Part shown: piece by piece, positions 53,562 to 64,000 of the stretch
Layout: the number at the start of each line of letters is the position of its first letter
How positions within the stretch are numbered: the stretch's first letter is position 1
NCBI RefSeq assembly: GCF_006345805.1
Contig: NC_042998.1
Location: forward strand, 18,724,001-18,788,000
DNA length: 64,000 nucleotides
Direction: 5' to 3'
Source: Octopus sinensis
Lineage: Eukaryota
Made by a program: the position numbers and the translations under genes
Notes under the pieces: generated by a model
What the model was told of the DNA's origin: nothing
The model's input: the letters and a program-made list of their open reading frames with translations, nothing else
Databases searched by the model: none

Positions 53562-53991
53562 CCAAATATTACATGAGAATATTATAGAATAATGGACGGA
53601 CAGATATAATTTTCATACAAATACATTCATGTATTCGAGCACATTCACACAAATAAATACATGTTTCTCGAACAAAGCAAGGTGTATTTACCACGGTTCT
53701 TTAAGAGACTATACCTATTTGTTGAGGGTAACACCTGTTGATTAGTTCACGATTCAAGCCAGAACTTCGGTTGCATATGATTAGTGGAAAGCAATGATAA
53801 ATAGAGATGAAATGTTTTAAAATATTAGGTGAGAAATTATGTATGTATAAATATGTTTGCGTGTATATATATATATATATATATATATGCATGTATGTAT
53901 GTATTATATTTTATGTATATGTATATATATATATAGATATATGCATACATATATACATTATATATGCGTGCGTGTATGTGTGGTATATACG

Positions 53992-54072
<81 letters not shown>

Positions 54073-54118
54073 ATGTATATAATATATATACTATATGGGG
54101 TGTATGTATGTACGTATG

Positions 54119-54164
<46 letters not shown>

Positions 54165-54261
54165 ATATATATATATGCATATGTATGTATATATGTATTG
54201 TATGTATGTATGAATATGAGTGTGTGTTTGTGTGTGTATAAAATATTAAGTACAGAATATA

Positions 54262-54320
<59 letters not shown>

Positions 54321-54756
54321 ATATATATGTATATGTATGTGTGTGTACGTGTACACATAAAAGAGAGAGATGGAGGGAGTGTCAAAGAAAACCATAAGAA
54401 CGAGGTTTTAGGTAATTTTCGATTGTCGAGATAAGATTAAGCAAATGTGAATGCTAGAATCTTTGTATATATCAGAAACAAACTCCTGCTCTGAATTTCA
54501 AGCATCGTTTAACACCTGGACTACAGGGATTCTTTACGTACGTAGTGGTTCTTTCGATGTTAGTATGGAAAATAAATGTTTATTCGACGGTGCCTCGCAG
54601 CAGATGTATTGAGACTTTTAATGATGATGTATATCTGAGCGTAAGAGCGTGTGTGTCCTATGGGTATGTTATTTCTAGAATATCGATCAAGCTGATGTGA
54701 ATAAAATATTTGTTAATAGTAATAGCGATACCTATAAAAACATAAGAACAGCATCT

Positions 54757-54843
54757 ATAATAATAATAATAATAATAATAATTATAATAGTAATAGTAAT
54801 ACTACTACTCATACTAATAATAATAATAATAATAATAGTAATA

Positions 54844-54888
<45 letters not shown>

Positions 54889-55135
54889 TAGTAATAATAG
54901 TAATATAATAATAATAATAATAATAGTAATAACAATAATAATACTAATAATAATAACAATAATAATAATAACAGTAATAATAATAATAGTAATAATAATA
55001 ATAGTAATAATAGTAATAATAATATTAATAATATTAATAATAATAATAGTAATAATAATAATCATCATCATCATCTTCATCATCATCAACATCATCATCA
55101 CCATCATCAACATCATCATCATCATCACCATCACC

Positions 55136-55170
<35 letters not shown>
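54757..55170. repeat. (TAA)n/(TAG)/(CAT)n compound microsatellite
   Basis: Direct inspection. Confidence 0.95.
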
Positions 55171-55724
55171 TGCCCTGATGTAGTACCAGGCAGTAGTTCT
55201 CGCTGCTTCTGATCTTAACTGATTGGACGTGTTATCATGTACATTGGTTTGTCTTGGTATAAAGATGGGCTACAGCAAATATTCTCCTCAATAACACAGA
55301 TTTGCTTGTCAGTTGTTTGACCTTGACCAGTTGAGCATGTCCCTTAGTGGCTGACGATATGTGCATCTCTGACCACGAACAGAAGTTGTGGGGGAGCATC
55401 ATAGCCATGTGTTGAGAGGGATTCTTGGAGGTTTGGATAATTCACCTTTGGAAACGTTGTTGGTTCGTTCAACATTCTTAAACAATCTTTATTCAGGGAC
55501 CTTTTGAGCGGGATGGGTTACTCGACAAGAACAAAATTCTCACTGGGTTTCACCTGCAAGGTCATGTACTGTTCATCTTGATATGAGATCACCATGCCGT
55601 GCACATATGATTGTGATTCAGGTGCCTGCTGTACCATTATCAGACGAGTAGTCATGATGGGTACACTGGGCTTCGTATATTTTACCCCAGTGTCACTTTG
55701 ATGGCATGCACTGCTCTCTCACTT
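55171..55724 (+). mobile_element. ~550-bp non-coding retroposon-like repeat embedded in (TAA)n
   Basis: gccctgatgtagtaccaggcagt...gatggcatgcactgctctctcact, then taataat. An inverted copy lies at 56261-56891. Strand inferred from the repeat tail. Confidence 0.8.
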
Positions 55725-55734
55725 AATAATAATA

Positions 55735-56133
55735 AGGTGGAAATGGCATAGACAGTAGACGAACTAAACAGATTAAGCAGTAATACAAGGAAGTTGCCGA
55801 CTAGATATGGGATATTGCACCCTAAAAGTGAGTGTACGTACCAATTAAAAGATTGGAAAGAGAACTGATGATAAACAGTAAGGTATGTGAAAAAATGCCA
55901 CGCAACCGCTATTATTGGATGTAAGTGGCCTAGGATGGAAGATTGCAAAGATAAACTACTGTACAATAACTTGAGAACGAAAGAAACTGAAAATCGGTGG
56001 GTAAAGAAAATAATGTATGATCAATTTCATACGGATGTTGCTGATAAGACAGAGATAAAAGATGGCTATGGATGACTAAAAGTGATTTAAAACCGAAAAC
56101 GGAGGCTCTAATCTGTGCTGCCCAAGGGCAAGC

Positions 56134-56134
<1 letters not shown>
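55735..56134 (+). mobile_element. R4/Dong-clade LINE internal fragment
   Basis: NTRKL..RYGILHPKS, KIMYDQFH, WMTKSDLKPKTEALICAAQGQA, all homologous to motifs in the 56966-60431 element. Confidence 0.75.
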
Positions 56135-56197
<63 letters not shown>

Positions 56198-56214
56198 TGA
56201 TGATGATGATGATG

Positions 56215-56246
<32 letters not shown>

Positions 56247-56260
56247 ATTATTATTATTAT

Positions 56261-56891
56261 TGAGTGAGCGAGCAGAGCATGCCATCAAAGTGACACTGGG
56301 GTAAAATATACGAAGCCCAGTATACCCATCATGACTACCCGTCTGATAAGGGTACACCAGGCACATGCATTACAACCATATGTGCGCGACATGGTGATCT
56401 CATATCAAGATAAGCAGCACATGACCTTGCAGGTGGAGCCCAGTTAGAATTTTCTTCAGAACGAGTAACCCATCCCGCTCAAAAGGTCCCTGAATAAGGG
56501 TTGTTTAAGGACGTTGAACGAAACACCCATGTTTCCAGAGGTGAATTATTCAAACCCCAAGAATCCTTCTCAACACATGGCTATGATGCTCCCCCACTAC
56601 TTCTGCTCGTGATCAGAGATGCACATATCGTCAGCCACTAAGGGACATGCTCAACTGGTTATGGTCAAACAACTGACAAGCAAATCTGTGGTATTGAGCA
56701 GAATATTTGCTGTAGCCCATCTTTTATACCAAGACAAAACAATGTACATGATAACACTTCCAATCAGTTAAGATCAGAAGCCATGAGAGCCACTGCCTGG
56801 TACTGCATCAGGGCATACTGCCTGGTACTGCATCAGGGCATACTGCCTGGTACTGCATCAGGGCATACTGCCTGGTACTGCATCAGGGCAT
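56261..56891 (-). mobile_element. second copy of the (TAA)n-embedded repeat, with 4x 25-bp terminal tandem
   Basis: Reverse complement of 55171-55724; actgcctggtactgcatcagggcat x4 at 56792-56891. Confidence 0.85.
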
Positions 56892-56910
56892 AATAATAAT
56901 AATAATAATA

Positions 56911-56965
<55 letters not shown>

Positions 56966-56970
<5 letters not shown>

Positions 56971-59900
56971 TAGTTTTATTTTATAGCGTGCTTCACTTCA
57001 CTACCGAGCGCAGCTCTGTGTGCCTTAGGTATGTGCTGTGATTTGTTGTGATACTCTGATGGTATTGTATGGAAAGTGTTCTGCGTAGGATGTGTGCAGT
57101 GCCTAGTAGTGCAATTTTCTGTTTGTTATATGTGTTGTAAGTCCTGGTGTTTCGTATGTATTGTCTGAATAATTTTTTATCATGCCTAATACACCTACTA
57201 TGATAGGAATTGTTTCTGTTTTTAGATTCAACTTTGGTTACCTCTATTTCCAGGTCTTGTATTTTGAGAGTTTCTCCATTTCTTTTAGAGACACGTTGTC
57301 ATCTGCCGGTATTGATACATCATTAGAAAGCATTTTTTTTCATGATCTCTGACAACTATATCTGGTCTGTTAGCCTTAATTTCTCTATCTGTGGTATCGG
57401 CATATCCCAGATTATGGTTGCTTTCCTCGTTTTCTGTGACCTTTTCTGGTGTGTGCCAATACCATCTTTTTCCGGTGTTATTCCACAATGTTGGCATAGC
57501 TTCCAGTGTATGTAGGTTCCAACTCTGTCATGTCTGTGATATATTCTTCTTCTTCTTAGCAAGGACTGGGCAGCAGAGATAATATGATTTATTGTTTCTT
57601 GTCCATCTCCACATATTCTGCAGTTACTTGTTATATTTCTTTTCATTACATGTTTTTGGTAATTTTTGGTGGGGAGGCTTTGGTCTTGTGCTGCAATTAA
57701 AAATCCCTCTGTCTCTGCTTTGAGTTCTGAGCTTCTCAACCATTGCTGGGATTTTTCTTTGTCTATTTCTTTTGCGTTTAGTTTAGTCCAGTATTGACCA
57801 TGAAGGGGCTTTTCTTGCCATCGTTTTATCATGGTTCGTTGCTGTTCTATTTTTAGTTTGGATTTCATTTGTTTTATAGCTTTTGTTGTTTCTTAATCTT
57901 CTTCTTCTTCTTCTTCATATTTATTAGGTGGTATGATTTCTTGTTTGTATTTGTCAGCTTCCTTAAATACTGAGAACAGTTTCTTTGTTTTGCTCGTGTT
58001 TTGCCGCTATTTGTATCAGTTTTCCTTCCTTCTGAAGTAGATATTTTTGCAGTCCTATGGTGGTTATTTTATAGTAGTTTTCCAGCTGTATAAGGCCTCC
58101 GCCATCTTTTATACTTTGTATATATAGTCTTTCTATGTCAGATTTTGGATGATGCATCCTAGATCCTGTAATTATTTTTCTTGTTTTCCTATCTATTTTG
58201 GTCAGTTCATTTAGTGTCCAGTTAAGGACATTGTAGCTGTAACTTATAACTGGGACAGCTAAAGTGTTAATACCTATTATCTTGTTTTTAGCATAATATT
58301 CTTTTTTTAATTTTCTCTTTCATTTGTGTGTGTTGTGTCTTATCTAGTTCATGGATTCCTAAGTATTTGTGAGTTTGGCTTTGGTCTAGTTCTTTTATTT
58401 CATTGGTTTTATCTAGTGAGATGTTGCTACTCTTAACTAGTTTTCCTCTTTTCATGGTTACTTTGGCGCATTTTTCTAATCCAAATTTCATATCTATTTC
58501 TTTGGTAAATCCATGAACTGTCTTTAATAGTGTTTCCAGCTGTTTGTCATTTGCAGCGTATAGTTTTAGGTCATCCTATAAAAGGTGGCTGATCGTTTTG
58601 CCGTAACATTTATATCCGCATCCAGTTCTATTTAGCATATCAGAAAGAGGTGACAGTGCCAAGCAGAAAAGGAGTGGAGAGAGCGTGTCTCCCTGGAATA
58701 TTCCTCTCCTAATGGGGATGGTTTTGGTTTTCATGAGTCCCTCTTTTGTTTGGAGGTGTAGCACTGTTTGCCATTTATTCATAGAGTGCCCTATAAATTT
58801 TATAATTGTTGGTTCTACTTTGTTAATGGCTAGTGTTTCGAGGATCCATGTGTGGGGGATGCTATCAAATGCCTTTTTGTAGTCGATCCAGGCCATACTG
58901 AGGCCTTTCTTCTTTCTGTGGCTGTCTTCAGTTATGGCTTTATTAATCATTAGTTGATCTTTACAGCCATATGAGCCTTTGCGGCATCCTTTCTGCTCTT
59001 CTGGAAATAGGTTGTTTTCGTCTAGGTGCTTGTTCAACCTTTGCGATATAACTGCAGTAAATGCCTTGTACATTGTAGGGAGACAGGTTTTTGGTCTGTA
59101 GTTTTCTGGTTTTTTTGTCTCATTTGATTTGGGAATTAAGATGGTTTTCTCCTTCGTGAGCCATTCAGGCGTTGTCTCTGGCTCTGCTAGTATGTTGTTA
59201 AAGTTTTCAGCCAGCTTTTTGTGCATTCCTGTTAGATATTTCAACCAGAAGTTGGGGATCTTGTCATGCCCAGGTGCCTTCCAGTTGCTTAGTCTTTGCA
59301 TTGCCTGGGTGACCTCTTCAGTTGTTATGCGGGTCCAAAGTTGCTCAGATGCTGAATTTGTGGCTTTAATACTCCTTTTTTTGTGTTGTTCGTTCGCCGA
59401 TCATATTTGTCTCCAGAATTCTTCCACTTCTTCTGTCCTTGGTGCTGTAGTGATTTTTATTTTATTTTTGCTAAGTTCTTGGTAGTACTTTTGGGGTTGG
59501 AGTTGAACTTTTTGTTTTGTTCAAAGAAGCGCTGGCGTTTCTCGTACCGGCGGATCCTTTGTGTTTTGGCAAGGATATCTTGCTTCAGCTTTTCTTTTAT
59601 CTCAGGTAAATCTTTTTCTGTGATGTTATATTTGCGGAGTATTTTTGTTTTCTTTTTGTTGCTCAGTAGCGTTGATTGTCTACTGACTTCATTAAAAATC
59701 GACAGATCTTTTCTCATTTTTTGTCTTGCTTTGGATGTTATTTATCCACAGGGTATGTTTGGGTGGTGGTACTCCTGTTTGGATGGGTTTGAGTGAGTAT
59801 CCAGCTTCTTTTGTGGCTGCAGTTGCTGCTGCGTATACTAAGTCATTTAGCTCAGTGATATCGCTTTTTGTTTCAGTGGCTATTAGTTCCGTGACGGCTA

Positions 59901-60429
59901 TGTTTATGCTGTTTATAATTGGTGTTGTTGTTTCGTCTATTTTGATTTTTGGGATGTATGGTCGGTGGTCCATTTTGAGCTCTGTGGTTTTCAGTTCTTT
60001 GATTATTTTACTTTTTATATTATCATAATCATTAGGCTCTCCTTCGTTGTTTCCAGGTTTTAGATTTGTGTCGCTTTCTTTCTTATTTATATGTTTGTTT
60101 GCCGTGTTTTGGCTTGCTGTTTGTCGTGTATTATTATGCATCCTTATGGTCTGGGTTTGTTGTTTTTTGTTTACATCGTGTTTGTTGGGAATGTTACGTT
60201 TGTCTTCGTGTTTTACTGTTTCAGTATTTATATTATTGGGCATTGTTGTGTGGCTTCTATCTACATTTTCCTGGTGTATTTTTTCTTTTAGATGTTCTAT
60301 TTCTATTTCTGATATTTTTTTGCGTTGGGAATGTATCTTCGTACGTTAGCTAGTTTATTAGGGTTCATTGCTGTATCCAAGTCCTTCCATATTGCTGTAT
60401 CCATTTTCCTTCCATATTTTATTTGTATG

Positions 60430-60431
<2 letters not shown>
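56966..60431 (-). mobile_element. R4/Dong-clade non-LTR retrotransposon (RT + CCHC + restriction-like endonuclease), frameshifted
   Basis: NWKAPGHD, NYRP.TCL, EEQKGCR, WIDYKKAFDS, RRGIFQGDTLSPLLF, DDLKLYA, FGLEKCA, HPKSDIERLY, AAQDQ, CRICG...ETINHI, RHD, NRPDIV. Both ends sit in (TAA)n, the known Dong target. Confidence 0.93.
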
Positions 60432-60501
<70 letters not shown>

Positions 60502-60917
60502 GTTGGTGGTGGTGATGGTGGTTTCTGAACAATTTTCAGCGGTCCATAAATCGTAGACAACTCAATGGCACGTTAGGCACTATGTGCCGCTATATTTTTA
60601 AATTCCTGTTTTTAAATTCATCGGTAGTAAAATCATGTCAAATTCAAATTTACCAATGATTTAAGAAAAATAGGCAGGCCATACACGTGTTTCGATCCAC
60701 CAAAATCAGGGTGACCTAGATGACGAGTTTCTGGAAAGTGCCAGATTTTTCATATTCAGTCATGGAAGAAAGACTTGAAACTATCTGAATATGATGTGAC
60801 ATACGTGGAATCTGATCTAAGATATCGTCAATGACAACACGTCTTGACTGGTGAATATTTCGATAACAAGTGGTCGCCAACGACAAAACGAGTAGATTGG
60901 TGAAGAACATTCATAAA

Positions 60918-61306
60918 TCTTTATATATATAATGCTGAAGTTGTCTGTGTGTGGCAGGTTTGGTAGCCTTCAGCTAACACTATATCCTCCAAGACCCTGC
61001 GACGCAAGTTGACCAAAATTGAGAGTATGATAGAAGGCTTGCTCATCATTCCGTAGAAGAAAAATTTTAAATTGGACCATGTTAAGACCAAATGTTATTT
61101 ACATTGAAAAGGAACTTTTTATCTATGAATATCCCTATTTTTTACGATTTTTTCACTGTTGTGTCGCCATTTTTCGGTGTATTTCAACCAGAAAAATGTT
61201 CACTTAAAGAGTATAACAAGCTACATAAATCAAAATTTTTACTTTCCAAAAATTCCAATTCTAAATGGTCGAAACAAACCCGAGCAATGCCGGGCGATAC
61301 TGCTAG
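60918..61306 (+). mobile_element. non-autonomous Helitron
   Basis: A|TCTTTATATATA start; subterminal hairpin cccgagcaatgccggg; end CTAG|T. Confidence 0.85.
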
Positions 61307-61704
61307 TTTATTTATATAAAAAGTGGCTTCAGATTTCTGATTTGGAACCCTCAGAATATATTATCTGCTGAATACTATACTTTGAACCTCACAGTAACAC
61401 GGCTGCACGGTGTTCAACATTTCTATGGAAAACTAAGGCTGGAATGCATTCACTCACTTAGCTTAACCATATTGAAGATTAGGTTTGAGTTACGTTTTAT
61501 TGAATGATTTATTTACTCGTATTTCTTATTAGTGAAACATAGGCTTCGTTTCATCTGTTCTGTACTCACATTTATCAGAGTATTTTGCTTTTGTTCCTGT
61601 TTAACTTCGTATCAGAATGAGTGACTAATATGGGTGAGGTTAAGAAATGCATCCGAGTATATAGCGCTACCTTACACAATGTGTCCAAACAATGACAATA
61701 TCAA

Positions 61705-61934
61705 AAGACGGCGAGCTGGCAGACACGTTAGCGCGCCGGGCGGAATGCTTAGCGGTATTTCGTCTGTCGTTACGTTCTGAGTTCAAATTCCGCCGAGGTC
61801 GACTTTGCCTTTCATCCTTTCGGGTCGATAAATAAAAGTACCAGTTCGCACTGGGGTCGATGTAATCGACTTATCCGTTATCTGTCCTTGTTTGTCTTCT
61901 CTATGTTTAGCCCCTTGTGGGCAATATAGAAATA
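61705..61934 (+). mobile_element. SINE family B monomer
   Basis: Full copy; aatatcaaaag duplicated at both flanks. Confidence 0.9.
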
Positions 61935-62174
61935 AATATCAAAAGGAGTGGTTAGTCAACAAGTGGTAATGATCATAATGTGGGCTGTGAGGAACAAATA
62001 AATAACAACAACCTTTATGTTTCTGCGTTATGTGCATGTATACTATTTGTATACATATGTATTTATACACAGGCATTTTTCAACATGCACACGCGTAGGC
62101 TCACACGCACACACACATAAACATAAATACACATCGTCAAACACGGAATAACATGTTTTTTCATTTATCTAACT

Positions 62175-62468
62175 GAGGCGCAATAGCCCAGTGGTTAGGG
62201 CAGCGGACTCGCGGTCGGAGGATCGCGGTTTCGATTCCCAGACCGGGTGTTGTGTGTCTTTATTGAGCGAAAACACCTAAAAAGCTCCACGAGGCTCCGG
62301 CAGGGGGTGGTTATCCCTGCTGTAGTCATTCACCACATTTCTCTCACTCTTTCTTCTGTTGGCCTGCTCGCTTAGCCAGTCGGGTGGCGTAATTTGAAGG
62401 CTAAAACAATGCAAACGCATTGTGACCAGCGATGTGTCATCTGATGGTCTGGTCGGTCAAGTGATCAA

Positions 62469-62473
<5 letters not shown>
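62175..62473 (+). mobile_element. SINE with family C head and a different 3' half
   Basis: First ~175 nt match family C, then ggcctgctcgcttagccag...ggtcggtcaagtgatcaagtgata. Confidence 0.85.
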
Positions 62474-62503
<30 letters not shown>

Positions 62504-62732
62504 TACATATATGTGTGTGTATTGGTATTTATGCATGTATATTTATGTATGTATAAATAAGTATATATATTTATATATACATCCATATATATAAAGATAT
62601 ATACGTTATAAAAATAGCGTTCAGTAAAATAATTTACTTTACCACACACAGAACTTTTTAGAAAGTTAGGTGTGTGGTATAGTAAAATATTTTTGAACCC
62701 TATTTTATAATATAAAGATATATAAATATATG

Positions 62733-62792
<60 letters not shown>

Positions 62793-62801
62793 ATATAAGA
62801 G

Positions 62802-62846
<45 letters not shown>

Positions 62847-62870
62847 TTAGATAGATAGATAGATAGATAG

Positions 62871-62915
<45 letters not shown>

Positions 62916-62928
62916 TGATAGATAGAAG

Positions 62929-62965
<37 letters not shown>

Positions 62966-62996
62966 TGATAGATAGATAGATATACATATAGATAAT

Positions 62997-63690
62997 AGTC
63001 GGACTACAGGTAGTGACTGGCAGAGTAACCATTTTGCTGCCTGGAGAAAAGACCGAAGATATGCGCAATGATATACATATGGAAGATCCTAGTGGGGCTA
63101 GCACCAAAGTTTAACCTCGAGCACCTGAATACCAGCACATGAACAGGATATTCATGCACTGTTCTAAAAGTCCTAACCATTATGTCTGCTATAAATAATA
63201 ATCCAAGGGTCCACAGCAATCCTAGACCTTAGAAATCAACTTAGTGTGGGGGGGATATTCTCAAGATTACATCCTTACCTTTAGCTGTCCAAGATCCCAG
63301 ATGAAACTACATTGCGGCAAGAAACTCAAATGAGGGTAACAATACCTATTTCTTTACTACCTACAAGGGGCTAAACACAGAGAGGACAAGCAAGGAGAGA
63401 CACACGGATTAAGTCGATTATATCGGCCCCAGTGCGTAATTGGTACTTATTTAATCGACCCCGAAAGGATGAAAGGCAAAGTCGACCTCAGCGGAATTTG
63501 AACTCAGGACGTAGCGGCAGACGAAATACCGCTAAGCATTTCGCCTGGCGTGCTAAAGTTTATGCCAGCTCACTGTCTTCAGAGGGTAACAATACCGCAC
63601 TCCCACTTTCACCAACAGACGACCACATGGAAATGACGATTGACGATAATGGTGGTACCTCCGCCTGGCCACAGTATTTTCAATGAAATG
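62997..63690 (+). mobile_element. old CR1-group LINE 3' fragment interrupted by a SINE B
   Basis: gatatacatatggaagatcct (IYIWKIL) and cccagatgaaactaca, as in the other two copies; tail ggtggtacctccgcctggccacag. Confidence 0.7.
63347..63578 (-). mobile_element. SINE family B monomer
   Basis: TSD gagggtaacaatacc at 63332-63346 and 63582-63596. Confidence 0.9.
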
Positions 63691-64000
63691 CTGAAAAGTA
63701 TATAAGAATACACGCACACAAACACAACCACGAACACACAGAATTATATGTGTGTGGGATGTGTGCGTGTGTGTTTGTCGTTTCATTTAAGCCGACTAAA
63801 GTCTACTCTTGAAGTTGTTCAGACGAAAGAAGCATATAGCGAATGCACAAACCGTCAGCCGTGCGTTTATTCAGACGTCGTATAACATTCGAATGTCTAC
63901 ATCTCCTATGCACTAGGTCAAAGGAACAAACCGAGTCAATACAAATAGAATGTAAATAAACCTAAAGAGCAAATACACAGTGATCAATGAAGATTTGTCG

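Noticed and set aside
55171-55260. Ribozyme at the end of the TAA-embedded element (ccCTGATG...)
   Set aside because: The sequence is CTGATGC or CTGATGT, not CTGANGA. There is no matching stem II/GAAA, and I could not build an HDV-like P1/P1.1 fold.
62175-62250. Functional tRNA genes (also 20185-20260 and 25408-25486)
   Set aside because: These tRNA-like heads continue into SINE bodies, have imperfect stems and lack a nearby T-run terminator.

Overview
AT-rich eukaryotic DNA, almost certainly from a coleoid cephalopod (the SINE families look like Octopus ones). It is intronic or intergenic, with one 100-N gap and no intact host CDS. Nearly all ORF-track entries are read-throughs of microsatellites or repeats. 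Contents: (1) Four tRNA-headed SINE families, labelled A-D here. (2) Degraded LINEs: three CR1-group copies, a ~3.5 kb R4/Dong element plus a fragment in a (TAA)n hotspot, RTE pieces, and Penelope-like (PLE) remnants. (3) DNA elements: a DD37D/maT fragment, a mariner carrying two nested retroposons, three non-autonomous Helitrons, and hAT- and piggyBac-type MITEs. (4) Two weak candidate host exons on the + strand. The most notable signals are four. SINE D joins a tRNA-Ser-like head to a Penelope-type minimal hammerhead motif. SINE B forms one-head/many-body arrays with a recurrent GGTAT junction that also begins several of its TSDs. SINE A shares a structured 3' tail with the local CR1-group LINEs. 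A 381-bp bipartite RTE derivative has a clean TSD. All calls were made by eye, so boundaries are approximate unless a TSD is quoted.
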